Position numbers and translations under genes: made by a program. This document shows, piece by piece, positions 37,696 to 47,227 of a DNA stretch of 64,000 bases (position 1 is its first letter; every line of letters begins with the position of its first letter). Source of the DNA: a bacterium (lineage in GTDB: Bacteria; UBA8248; JACPRG01; G963555815). The DNA lies in assembly GCA_963555815.3 (NCBI GenBank), contig CAUVWX020000002.1, forward strand, positions 96,001 to 160,000, in the 5' to 3' direction. The notes beneath the pieces were generated by a model. That model searched no databases. It saw only the letters and a list, made by a program, of their open reading frames with translations, and was not told where the DNA came from.

Positions 37696-38694
37696 CTAAG
37701 ATTTTTGCTGGGGTGAGGGGCTGGCTGCGGTCGTCCTCATGGCGTGCGCGCTGCCGACGAGAGATTCCAGCGGCTCCCCCTTGAGGTAGTCCTGGACCCC
37801 CTGCCAAAAATTCCGGGTGTCTCGGACGATGTCCTCAACGGTCCGCTCGGCGAAGAAGGTGCCAAGACCGAGAACGCAGGCACCAGCCAGGAGATACTCC
37901 ACGGCGTCCTCCCAGGTCATGATCCCCCCGTAGGCGATGATGGGAACGCCGAGGGCCCCAAAGACGTCATAGACCATCTTGAGGTTGATGGGCTTGATGG
38001 CGGGGCCTGAGAGCCCGCCCGTCAGTCCAGCCAGAACGGGCGACCTTTGGTGGATGTCGATCGCGAGCCCGGGCCCCAAGGTGTTTCCGCAGCCGAGATA
38101 GTCTGCCCCCGCCTCGACACAAGCGCGGCCGACCTCGACGTAGTCTGTGCCGGGAGAGAGCTTGGCGACGACGGGCTTCTCGGTCGCCTCCCGGGCCGCG
38201 CGCACAACCTGGGCCGACGCCGTGGGGTTCTGCCCCACGAGGTCCGCGACGGACTCCTCCTCGCCTGGGGCCAGATTGGGGCAGCTCAGGTTCAGCTCGT
38301 AGCCGTCCGCATACGGCTCGACCATCCGGATGATGCGGGAGACCTCTTTCGGGTCGACACCGTTGACAGAGACAATGAGCTTGGCTCGGGGGAGACGGGT
38401 CTCCTTCAGCTCGGCCACCCACTCCTCCGGGGACTGGGAAGGCAGGGCCAGTGAGTTCAGGAGCGGGGCACCTGGCGTGTCCTCCTGAGTGACGACCGGG
38501 TTCTCATTCCCCAAGCGCTCGGTGGGGCTGATAGATTTTGTGATGTAGCCCCCGATGGTGGCGCCCTTTTGGTCCAGAAGCTCAAAGATGTCTGGAAAAC
38601 TCAGGATGCCGCTTCCGTTGACGATGGGAGGGTCGAGATTTAGAAGCATGGCCCCTTGCCCTGTCTGGACTTCGGTAGAATTCCCTTTGGCCAC
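37696..38694 (-). CDS. pyrD: Dihydroorotate dehydrogenase (class 1B) catalytic subunit
   Basis: ELNLSCPN, AKLSP, GGLSGPAIKP, GGI. Confidence 0.9.
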   Translation of the reverse strand: MAKGNSTEVQTGQGAMLLNLDPPIVNGSGILSFPDIFELLDQKGATIGGYITKSISPTERLGNENPVVTQEDTPGAPLLNSLALPSQSPEEWVAELKETRLPRAKLIVSVNGVDPKEVSRIIRMVEPYADGYELNLSCPNLAPGEEESVADLVGQNPTASAQVVRAAREATEKPVVAKLSPGTDYVEVGRACVEAGADYLGCGNTLGPGLAIDIHQRSPVLAGLTGGLSGPAIKPINLKMVYDVFGALGVPIIAYGGIMTWEDAVEYLLAGACVLGLGTFFAERTVEDIVRDTRNFWQGVQDYLKGEPLESLVGSAHAMRTTAASPSPQQKS

Positions 38695-38847
38695 TTCCTC
38701 TTCAAGGTCACTTATAGCATGGATTCACCGCATCCTGAAAGGGTTGCACTATATCTTGAGCCAAAGTTTTTAGGACTACAAGAGGTAGGATTTTTTGGAA
38801 GTTTTGTTCGCATTTGCTGAGGCGCAGATATAAGATTTCTGGATGAA

Positions 38848-39549
38848 ATGGGCCCTGAGAACGGGGGGGCAAGAATGGCTGTGCCCATGCCTATCTATCT
38901 TAAGCTAGAGGGCCGAAAGTGCCTGGTGGTGGGAGGAGGCGCCGTGGCGCATCGCAAGGTCAAGGGGCTTCTCCAGGCCGGGGCCCATGTGACCGTCGTC
39001 GCCCCTTCCCTCAGGGGGGGGCTCACACGGCTTCTTCGCAGCGTCACCCCTGGCCGCATTCGGTATCTTTCCCGGCCTTTTCGGTCCCGGGACTTGGAGG
39101 GGTCACTTCTGGCGGTGGCGGCCACCGACGACTCGGCCGTGAATCTACGCGTGGCCGAGGCGGCCCGGCGTCGGGGAACGCTTGTGAACGTCGTCGATTC
39201 GCCTCAGGCCTGCGACTTTATGGTTCCCTCAGTTCTTCGTCGCGGCCCCCTTTGCATCAGCGTCTCCACCTCTGGGGCAAGTCCAGCCCTGGCGAAGAGT
39301 CTGAGGAAGGAGCTTGAAGGGCTCTATGGACACGGCCTTGGCCAGGGTCTTTCCTGGCTCGCCCGCCTTCGGGGGAAGCTGTTGACATCGTCTCTGCCCC
39401 CTGCTAAACGGAGAGAGATACTAAAACGCCTGACGGGCCCCCGAATGTTGAGCCTCCTTCGAAAAGACCCGCGCGAGTTCCGCCGGCAAGCCACCCGGCT
39501 TGTATCGAGCCATCTCTCCCCTCTGAGGAAGGAGGGGGCTAAAGGATGA
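38848..39549 (+). CDS. sirC: Precorrin-2 dehydrogenase/sirohydrochlorin ferrochelatase (CysG N-terminal-like)
   Basis: VVGGGAVA.RK, AATDD, VNVVD, STSGASP. Confidence 0.9.
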   Translation: MGPENGGARMAVPMPIYLKLEGRKCLVVGGGAVAHRKVKGLLQAGAHVTVVAPSLRGGLTRLLRSVTPGRIRYLSRPFRSRDLEGSLLAVAATDDSAVNLRVAEAARRRGTLVNVVDSPQACDFMVPSVLRRGPLCISVSTSGASPALAKSLRKELEGLYGHGLGQGLSWLARLRGKLLTSSLPPAKRREILKRLTGPRMLSLLRKDPREFRRQATRLVSSHLSPLRKEGAKG

Positions 39550-40334
39550 CTGGTTTCTTCCTCGCCCTGGCCCTTGCTGCGTATTTTCTTGCCAGCCTGG
39601 CCTACATCCTCCATTTTTCCTACCGGCGGGGGTACCTCTCTTGGACGGCGACGGGGCTGGTGGGCCTGGGTTTTGCGTCCCATTCCGTTGCACTCGGGCT
39701 TCGGGTTGCCCACCTGACCACCCTTCCCGTCACGGGCTTCTACGATTTCTTCTCGGTCTTTGCCTGGGTGGTCATCCTGGCCTATGGCGTGGCCCAGATC
39801 ACCCTGGGCATCCAGCAGCTGGGGCTCTTTGTGATCCCAATCTCCTTTGGGGCCTTGGGGGCCGGCCTTGTCCTGGGAGGCGACGCCCTGCCCCAGCCAG
39901 AGGTCTTTCAGAGTGTCTGGCTCTCTCTCCATATCGCGATGGCCTTCCTGGGGGGGGCCATCTTTGTCCTCCTCTTCGGCGTGGGCCTCATGTACCTCAT
40001 TCAGGAGCATCAGGTGAAGGGGAAGCATTTTGGAACCTGGTTCTACCGCCTGCCCTCTCTTCAGGTCCTGGATGATGTGAACCGCAAGGCCCTGGTCCTT
40101 GGCTTTCCCATCCTGACGCTTGGCCTGGTCTCGGGGTCCCTCTGGGCGGAGACTGCGAGGGGGTCTCTCTTGAGCTGGGACCCGGCGAGGACGCTCCCCC
40201 TGGTGGTGCTTTGGGGGGCGTACGGGGTCCTCTTCGTAGCTCGCCTCACGGCGGGCTGGCGGGGGAAGCGGGCGGCCTTCTTCTCCGTGTTGGGTTTTTT
40301 CGGTGTCCTCCTGACCTATCTGCTTCACCTTTGA
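39546..40334 (+). CDS. ccsA: Cytochrome c assembly family membrane protein (CcsA/HemX)
   Basis: 8 TMs, WL..HI, LPSL..LD, G..WA...WDP, GWRG. Confidence 0.85.
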   Translation: MTGFFLALALAAYFLASLAYILHFSYRRGYLSWTATGLVGLGFASHSVALGLRVAHLTTLPVTGFYDFFSVFAWVVILAYGVAQITLGIQQLGLFVIPISFGALGAGLVLGGDALPQPEVFQSVWLSLHIAMAFLGGAIFVLLFGVGLMYLIQEHQVKGKHFGTWFYRLPSLQVLDDVNRKALVLGFPILTLGLVSGSLWAETARGSLLSWDPARTLPLVVLWGAYGVLFVARLTAGWRGKRAAFFSVLGFFGVLLTYLLHL

Positions 40335-40341
40335 GGGATGG

Positions 40342-41607
40342 ATGGAGATCATCGTTGCTGGCCTCAGCCATAAACGCAGCCCCGTAGAGGTCCGCGAACA
40401 GGTCTATTTTCCAGAGAGTGAGCTCGGGATCCCCCTAAGGCAGCTCAAGGGTCGGTCCGAGATCGAGGAAGCGGTCCTCCTCTCCACCTGCAATCGGGTC
40501 GAGGTCTACGCTCGGGTGCGGGACTCTCAAAAAGGGGTGCAAGCCGTCAAGGAGTTCCTGAGCCACTACCATGAGGTTCCCCTGGAGACACTGGAAGCTT
40601 ACATGTACGCCTTCTCAACCCGGGAGGCGGTTCGCCATCTCTTCCGCGTGGCCTCCAGCCTGGACTCCATGGTGGTGGGGGAATCCCAGATCCTCGGACA
40701 GGTGAAGGGGGCCTACCAGGTGGCCCGCGAGATGGGAGCGACCGGCCTCTATCTGAACAACCTCTTTGAGCGTGCCTTCCAGACGGCCAAACGGGTGAGG
40801 ACAGAGACCCGGATCGGGGAGAACGCCGTTTCTGTGAGCTACGTGGCGGTCGAGCTGGCCCGGAAGATCTTCAACGTTCTGAGAGAGAAGAAAGTCCTCC
40901 TCATCGGGGCGGGTGAGATGGCGGAGCTCGCTGCCCAGCACCTGGTCCAGCTCGGGGTCCACAGCGTCCTCGTCTCCAATCGGTCCTTCCCCCGTGCCCA
41001 GGAGCTGGCCCAGCGGTTCAACGGGCGGGCCGTCCTCTTTGACGATATAGAGGGAGAGCTTGTCAACGCCGACATCGTCATCAGCTCCACCGGCGCGCCC
41101 CATTATGTCCTTCGGCGCGAGCTCTTCCAGCAGGTCATCCGGAAGCGCAAGAACCGGCCCATGTTCCTCATCGACATCGCCATTCCCCGGGACATCGAGC
41201 CCGACGTCAACACCCTCGATCACATCTATCTCTATGACATTGACGATCTCCAGCAGGTGGTCTCGGCCAACATCAAGGAGCGGCAGCGTGAGGCGAAGCG
41301 AGGGGAAGAGCTGGTGGACCAAGAGACCACCGGTTTTCTCCTCTGGATGGAAACCCTGGAGGTGGTCCCCACCATCGTCTCCCTTCGGGAGCGTGCCGAG
41401 GCCTGCCGCCAGCAAGAGATAGCCAGGGCCCGGGCGAAGCTTGGCCCCTTGACCTCCGAAGAGGAGGAGACCCTGGAGGCCCTGACGAGCGCCATCGTGA
41501 ACAAGCTCCTTCACGCCCCTATCGCACAGCTCAAGAGGCATGCGGGCTCTAACGACGCCTACGAATATCTTCGAATCGCCCGAAACCTCTTCGACCTGGA
41601 TGACTGA
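40342..41607 (+). CDS. hemA: Glutamyl-tRNA reductase
   Basis: LSTCNRVE, LDSMVVGESQILGQVK, GAGEM, DIAIPRD. Confidence 0.97.
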   Translation: MEIIVAGLSHKRSPVEVREQVYFPESELGIPLRQLKGRSEIEEAVLLSTCNRVEVYARVRDSQKGVQAVKEFLSHYHEVPLETLEAYMYAFSTREAVRHLFRVASSLDSMVVGESQILGQVKGAYQVAREMGATGLYLNNLFERAFQTAKRVRTETRIGENAVSVSYVAVELARKIFNVLREKKVLLIGAGEMAELAAQHLVQLGVHSVLVSNRSFPRAQELAQRFNGRAVLFDDIEGELVNADIVISSTGAPHYVLRRELFQQVIRKRKNRPMFLIDIAIPRDIEPDVNTLDHIYLYDIDDLQQVVSANIKERQREAKRGEELVDQETTGFLLWMETLEVVPTIVSLRERAEACRQQEIARARAKLGPLTSEEEETLEALTSAIVNKLLHAPIAQLKRHAGSNDAYEYLRIARNLFDLDD

Positions 41608-42544
41608 TCCCTCCATGCTGCGCCTGGGCACCCGGGGAAGCCCCCTCGCGCTTCGCCAGGCGGAAGAGGTCCGCCGAGCACTGGAGGCCTCCCACCCGGG
41701 CCTCAGACTAAAACTCGTCACCATCAAGACACATGGCGATCACGTGAAGGAGATCCCTCTCCCCCAACTGGGTGTTAAGGGGATCTTCGCTAAGGAGATC
41801 GAAGAGGCCCTTCTCCGGGAAGAGATTGATGTGGCCGTTCACAGCTTGAAGGATCTCCCGACCGTCCTCCCAGAAGGCCTTTGCATTGGGGCCGTCACAA
41901 AGCGCGAAGACCCCCGGGATGCTCTTATCTCAAGGGGAGACAAAGGCCTCTCTTCCCTGCCTCAAGGGGCCCGCGTGGGGACGAGCAGCCTTCGGCGTGG
42001 GGCGCAACTCCTGGCCCACCGGCCGGACCTCACTGTCGTCCCCCTTCGGGGCAATCTCGACACGCGCCTTCGAAAGCTGGGGGCGGGCGACGTGGACGCC
42101 CTGGTGGTGGCCGCCGCGGGCTTGATCCGGATGGGTTGGAGGGACCGCGTGTCCGAGTTCCTTCCCTTCGAAATTTCACTTCCGGCACCGGGGCAGGGGG
42201 CGCTCGCTCTGGAGATGAGGAGCGATGGCGAGGCCCTTGCACGCTCTCTGGACCATCTGCCCACCCGGCAGGCCACTGAGGCAGAACGGGCCTTCCTAGG
42301 GCGCCTGGAAGGGGGTTGTCAGGTCCCCATCGGGGCCTTCGGCCAGATAGAGGGTGACACACTTCGCCTTTCGGGTTGTGTGGCGAGCCCGGATGGAAGG
42401 AAGATCCTTAGGGGGTCGGTCAAAGGTTCTCCAGGGGCCCCCCAGTCTCTCGGAGACCAGCTGGCCGAGCAACTTCTGGCAGAGGGAGCCGCTGAGATTT
42501 TAGAGGGGATCCGGTCTCACTCCGGGAACAGTGGGGCGGAGTAA
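41600..42544 (+). CDS. hemC: Hydroxymethylbilane synthase
   Basis: GTRGSPLA, AVHSLKD, GTSSLRR, RGNLDTR, GGCQVP. Confidence 0.96.
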   Translation: MTDPSMLRLGTRGSPLALRQAEEVRRALEASHPGLRLKLVTIKTHGDHVKEIPLPQLGVKGIFAKEIEEALLREEIDVAVHSLKDLPTVLPEGLCIGAVTKREDPRDALISRGDKGLSSLPQGARVGTSSLRRGAQLLAHRPDLTVVPLRGNLDTRLRKLGAGDVDALVVAAAGLIRMGWRDRVSEFLPFEISLPAPGQGALALEMRSDGEALARSLDHLPTRQATEAERAFLGRLEGGCQVPIGAFGQIEGDTLRLSGCVASPDGRKILRGSVKGSPGAPQSLGDQLAEQLLAEGAAEILEGIRSHSGNSGAE

Positions 42545-42552
42545 ATAAGCAG

Positions 42553-44103
42553 ATGGGTACAGAAGGAATTGTATATCTCGTAGGGGCTGGCCCCGGGGAC
42601 CCGGGGCTTCTCACCCTGAGGGGGGCCGAGTGTCTTCGAAAGGCCGATGTGGTGATTTACGACCATCTGGCGAACCCAGATCTCCTCTCTCACGCGCGGG
42701 AGGAAGCGGAGAAGATCTATGCCGGAAAGGAGGGGGGCCGTCACACGTTGAAGCAGGATGAGATCAACCGGCTCATGGTGGAGCGCGCCGGGGCGGGTCT
42801 GAAGGTGGTCCGCCTCAAAGGCGGGGATCCGTTCCTCTTCGGCCGGGGGGGAGAGGAGGCGGAATTTTTGGTTGAGGCGGGGGTTCCCTTCGAGGTGATC
42901 CCGGGTGTGAGCTCCGCCCTGGCCGCCCCGGCCTACGCCGGAATCCCCCTCACCCACCGGGACCGATCCTCGTCAGCTGCCTTTGTGACGGGCCACGCCG
43001 CTGAGGGGAAGCCGGGGCTTTCTTTCTCGTGGGAGGGCCTGGCGAGAGGGGTCGAGACCCTTGTCTTTCTCATGGGTGTTGGAAATCTCTCTGAGATCTC
43101 CGAACGCCTCATGGCGGCGGGGAGGTCTGCCGAGACTCCGATTGCTGTCATCCGCTGGGGCACCACCCCCCAGCAGGAGACCGTCACGGGGACTTTGGGG
43201 GATATCGTCAGCAAGGTCCAGAAGGCGGAGCTTGGACCCCCAGGCGTTATCGTCGTCGGAGAAGTGGTGGGGCTTCGCGACCGACTGAATTGGTTTGAGA
43301 GGAGGCCCCTCTTTGGAAATCGCATTGTCGTGACCCGGGCCCGGGAGCAGGCGAGCGCCTTTGCCGATCTCCTTCGGGCATACGGGGCCGACGTGGTGGA
43401 GTTTCCCACCATCTCCATCTCCCCCCCTGACGGTTGGGAGTTTCTTGATGCGGCCATCGACCGTTTGGATGTGTACGATTGGGTGGTTTTCACCAGTGTC
43501 AACGGGGTCCGGTTTTTCCTGGAGCGTCTAAAAGTCTCGGGGAAAGACGCCCGGGCCCTTTCGCAAAAAAAGCTCTGCGCCATCGGTCCGGCGACGAGGG
43601 CCGCCCTCGAGGGGGTCGGCCTTCGGGCAGATCTGATCCCCGAGAATTATCGGGCCGAAGGGATCCTGGCCGCGCTCAGGGAAGAGGAGATTCGGGGAAA
43701 GCATTTCCTGATTGCCCGGGCGGCGGCGGCCCGAGAAGTGCTCCCTCAGGAGCTTCGCCGCCGGGGAGCTCAGGTCGATGTGGTGGAGTGCTACCGGACC
43801 GAACCGGGCCCTGGAGGGACAAAGGGACGGGAGCTTCTTCTGAAGGGTGGGATCGATCTCGTGACCTTCACCAGTTCCTCCACGGTTGAGAATTTCGCAG
43901 CGATGTTCAGCCGGGATGAATTGGAGCGGATCCGGGGGAATTTCAGGGTGGCCGCCATCGGTCCCATTACGGCGGAGCGGGCAAGGGATCTTGGCCTGAC
44001 GCCTGATCTTGTAGCGGATGAATATACCGTGCCCGCCCTCACCGAGGCTATCGTGAAGGCCCTTGGAAGGCTTGAGCCATCGGCGCCCCCCACCTCACAG
44101 TGA
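42553..44103 (+). CDS. cobA-hemD: Fused uroporphyrinogen-III C-methyltransferase / uroporphyrinogen-III synthase
   Basis: GAGPGDP, RLKGGDP; FTSVNGV, FTSSST, AIGP.T. Confidence 0.95.
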   Translation: MGTEGIVYLVGAGPGDPGLLTLRGAECLRKADVVIYDHLANPDLLSHAREEAEKIYAGKEGGRHTLKQDEINRLMVERAGAGLKVVRLKGGDPFLFGRGGEEAEFLVEAGVPFEVIPGVSSALAAPAYAGIPLTHRDRSSSAAFVTGHAAEGKPGLSFSWEGLARGVETLVFLMGVGNLSEISERLMAAGRSAETPIAVIRWGTTPQQETVTGTLGDIVSKVQKAELGPPGVIVVGEVVGLRDRLNWFERRPLFGNRIVVTRAREQASAFADLLRAYGADVVEFPTISISPPDGWEFLDAAIDRLDVYDWVVFTSVNGVRFFLERLKVSGKDARALSQKKLCAIGPATRAALEGVGLRADLIPENYRAEGILAALREEEIRGKHFLIARAAAAREVLPQELRRRGAQVDVVECYRTEPGPGGTKGRELLLKGGIDLVTFTSSSTVENFAAMFSRDELERIRGNFRVAAIGPITAERARDLGLTPDLVADEYTVPALTEAIVKALGRLEPSAPPTSQ

Positions 44104-45185
44104 AAACCTCCTGGTCAAAAGGACTGATCTTCTCCTTGGCAGCGGTGGTGATCTTCCCCCTTCTTCTGGAGTATGGCGCCCGGGGGGGATATGACCTGTA
44201 TCAACGCTTCACCGGGAGGCTCAGGGCCAACTACACCCAGAAAGACCCTTACACTCGCTACCGGTTCCGCCCCGACGTCCATTCAGGCCAAGTAGGGGAA
44301 ACCCGTTTTGATACAAATGCACATGGCTTTCGGGGCGAGCATTTTCCCTGGGAACGTCAGGAAGGGGTCACCCGCGTTGTCTTGACCGGCGACTCCGTGA
44401 CCTTTGGTTGGACGGCGAGCGATGACTCCACCACCTATCCCGCCTTTCTTCAGGGGGCACTTGAGCGGCGTTGGCCGGGGAGGCCCGTCGAAGCCATCAA
44501 CGCCGGGATGCCTCGATACCATGCCGGGGATGTGCATGGGCTGGTGGTCTCCCGCCTGGTCTTTACGCTCCCGAACGCCGTCGTCATTTTAGTCGGGGCC
44601 AATGACGTTCTGGACTCTATTGCGACTCCTCCCTCCCTGAAGCCGAAGCGACGGCAGAAACTCCTGGCGAAGAGCCGGTTCTTCTCCTTCCTGAAAGCGG
44701 GGCGGAACGCCCTCATTCCGGAATCCTCTAAGGCCAGGGCCCTGTCCGAGGTGATCCGCCTGCGGGAGGAAGGGGTGAACAACATCTCCTTATCAGCCCT
44801 CATTCAGTATGAGTTGACCCTTCGGTCCATTGTGCGCGCCCTGAAGGGCCAGAAGATTGAGCCTGTCCTCCTCACTTACCCCCTCTTTCTTAAGCAAGAG
44901 ATGAGCGAGGCTGAGAAGGAGCGGATGATCACGTATCTCGTCCGGTATCCGAACTTGAGCTATGCCGGCTGGATCCGCATCAACCGGGAGCTGAGAGAGC
45001 GGACAGAGCGCGTGGGGAGGGAGGAAGGGGCCCTGCTCCTCCCCGGCCATACCGTCCAGGATTTGCGCTACTTCTCCGACCTCTACCACCTCAATGACGA
45101 GGGAAACAAAGCCCTTGCCGAGTTCGTGGCCGACGGGCTATCCGCCCGGTGGCCTGACGGCCAGATCGGACCCTCGGACGAATAA
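44100..45185 (+). CDS. SGNH/GDSL hydrolase family protein
   Basis: GDSVTFG, NAG, GAND, DLYH. Confidence 0.85.
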   Translation: MKTSWSKGLIFSLAAVVIFPLLLEYGARGGYDLYQRFTGRLRANYTQKDPYTRYRFRPDVHSGQVGETRFDTNAHGFRGEHFPWERQEGVTRVVLTGDSVTFGWTASDDSTTYPAFLQGALERRWPGRPVEAINAGMPRYHAGDVHGLVVSRLVFTLPNAVVILVGANDVLDSIATPPSLKPKRRQKLLAKSRFFSFLKAGRNALIPESSKARALSEVIRLREEGVNNISLSALIQYELTLRSIVRALKGQKIEPVLLTYPLFLKQEMSEAEKERMITYLVRYPNLSYAGWIRINRELRERTERVGREEGALLLPGHTVQDLRYFSDLYHLNDEGNKALAEFVADGLSARWPDGQIGPSDE

Positions 45186-45294
45186 AAACGCAGGAGAGGG
45201 CTTTTGTTTTGGGTTCGGCTCTCGCTATTGGGGGGGGTGTCTATCTCGTGTCTGTGTGTCGGGACAGCGCTAGGGGCGGGGTGAGACGGGCGTT

Positions 45295-45486
45295 TTAGTC
45301 GTAGGATTCCGAATTTTCTTCCTCTACCCTCCGGTAGTGTTCCTGAAACTCTTCAATGAGATGGTCGATATCGTCTTTTGATCTTCTGGCCTGGGATTGG
45401 CGGTAGCGGTAATAGATATAGCTGGCCACAAGGCCCAGGACAAAGCCAACCGCTAGCCCATCGATGAAGATCCGATAGCTCCCCAC
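45295..45486 (-). CDS. Small single-TM hypothetical protein
   Basis: N-terminal TM, positive-inside residues, acidic tail; GGAG upstream. Confidence 0.6.
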   Translation of the reverse strand: MGSYRIFIDGLAVGFVLGLVASYIYYRYRQSQARRSKDDIDHLIEEFQEHYRRVEEENSESYD

Positions 45487-45808
45487 CGGCCGGGTGCATC
45501 TCCGTTTCTGTAGTAGGAAAGTGGCTTCACCCTACGCAAGGGTGTCCCCACTGTCAACGGGATTGTGAGGTGATGGGACATGGAGCCCCTTCTGCGAAAG
45601 CTGGACCGGCAGAGGGGGGCGCAGGCTCACCAGAGGATGCGAATGCCGGCGGGACCCGAGGGATGGGTTTTGGCGACGGCCTATTAAACCAATGGGTTTT
45701 AGGATTTCTGTGATAGGATGACAGCAGATTTGAAATCAGCTTGGCGCAAGGATGCACTCGGCCTGGGTTTAGTCTTCAGGCGGGGTCGTTAGAGAAAGGG
45801 GAGGTCGC

Positions 45809-47227
45809 TTGGGTCTTAAGGCTGTCCTTTTCGACTTTGGGGGGACGCTGGACGCCGACGGCATCCACTGGGTGGATCGGTTCCGGGACGCATACGCATC
45901 GGCCGGATTCTCCTTTTCCGCCGAGCGGTTCAACCCCGTCTTTTTCGAGGCAGACAGACGGCTTCCCCTTGAACATGACATGCGGGGGAGATCTTTGCGG
46001 GACCTCATCGGGGTCAAGGTGGATCTGCTTCACGAGGGGTTGGGGATTGGCAAGGGAGTGCAAAAGGCTCAGATCGTGGAGTTATTTTATGGCCGGTCGA
46101 AGGAGGCGCTGGAGAGGAACCGCCACATCCTGGACCGGCTCTCTCAGCGCTACCTCCTGGGAGTGGTCTCCAATTTCTGCGGGAATGTAGACGAGGTGTG
46201 TCGGGAGTTCGGACTTTCCTCCTATCTTCAGGTCATCGTGGACTCCTTCCTGGTCAAAGTGAGCAAGCCGGACCCTCGGATCTTCCATCTGGCCCTGGAG
46301 AAGCTGGGGGTTTCGGCCGACGAGGCGGTGTTTGTGGGGGACAATTTCGAACGGGACATCCTGGCGGCAAGGTCAGCGGGCCTCGGCGCCATCTGGCTTC
46401 ATGCCTCCGACGAGGGCCCTTCCAGTTCCTCGAAACCTGTTCAGACCATCCGCAGCCTGACGGAGCTTGAGAACGCCCTCGGGGGTCTAGAGACATCAGG
46501 AGATCTGGGATTGAGCCGGGCGGGGATCCTGGCGGCTGGCGAAGGGTCCCGCCTTCGAGACGCGGGGTTCGAGACTCCGAAGCCTCTCGTCGAGGTCGCA
46601 GGGGTCCCCTTGATCGAGAGAACCCTTCGAGGCCTCATCCAAGCGGGGGCCCGGGAGGTTTTTTGTATCGTGAACGAAGAAGCCTCCCAGGTGGAACGGT
46701 TTCTACTTCGAGGGGATTTTGGGGCCCGAGTGGAGGTCCTCGTCAAAACCACCCCGAGTTCCCTCGCGAGCCTCCTCGCGCTGAAGGACCGGCTATCGGG
46801 CCAGAGGTTTCTCCTGGCGACAGCGGATACGGTCCTCGGCCCCGAGGACTGGGTTGGCTTCGCGCAGGCCGCCTCCCGGATTGAACGGGCGAACGAGGCC
46901 CTCCTAGGGGCCACGACCTTTGTGGACGACGAGAATCCCCTTTGGCTTCGGTCGAGCCCATCAGGAGAAGTCCTGGCCCTGGGTCCCGTTGCGAAAGGGA
47001 GCGGTTGCGTTACTTCGGGCCTTTACGCTTTCCCGCCCGATGTTTTTCAGGTGGCCGAGGCGGTGGCAAAAAAGCCCGGCGCGAGGCTCCGCGACCTTCT
47101 CATCGGCCTGCATCAACGCGGCTGGCAGCTTCAGGCCCATATCGTCCAGAAGGCGGTGGACGTGGACCGGCCAGAGGATATCCGGGCGGCGGAGGCCCTT
47201 CTGGGGGAACTGGAGGGGGCGTCATGA
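45809..47227 (+). CDS. Fused HAD-family hydrolase and sugar/polyol-phosphate nucleotidyltransferase
   Basis: FDFGGTLD, SN, KPDP.IF, VGD...D; LAAGEGSRL, PKPL, DVD.PED. Confidence 0.88.
   Translation: MGLKAVLFDFGGTLDADGIHWVDRFRDAYASAGFSFSAERFNPVFFEADRRLPLEHDMRGRSLRDLIGVKVDLLHEGLGIGKGVQKAQIVELFYGRSKEALERNRHILDRLSQRYLLGVVSNFCGNVDEVCREFGLSSYLQVIVDSFLVKVSKPDPRIFHLALEKLGVSADEAVFVGDNFERDILAARSAGLGAIWLHASDEGPSSSSKPVQTIRSLTELENALGGLETSGDLGLSRAGILAAGEGSRLRDAGFETPKPLVEVAGVPLIERTLRGLIQAGAREVFCIVNEEASQVERFLLRGDFGARVEVLVKTTPSSLASLLALKDRLSGQRFLLATADTVLGPEDWVGFAQAASRIERANEALLGATTFVDDENPLWLRSSPSGEVLALGPVAKGSGCVTSGLYAFPPDVFQVAEAVAKKPGARLRDLLIGLHQRGWQLQAHIVQKAVDVDRPEDIRAAEALLGELEGAS

Noticed and set aside
39324..41727. 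Long antisense ORFs (342 and 370 aa), and similar ones at 6222-7082, 27646-28701 and 62624-63520
   Set aside because: Shadow frames of high-GC3 genes with clear homology on the other strand; no motifs
45741..45756. Sigma54 promoter TTGGCGCAAGGATGCA
   Set aside because: GG-to-GC spacing is 9 nt rather than the required 10
46942..47223. Long N-terminal extension of the ATP-grasp ORF (likewise 26327, 41540 and 58741 starts)
   Set aside because: Longest-ORF artefacts; better starts with RBS or stop-start overlap exist downstream
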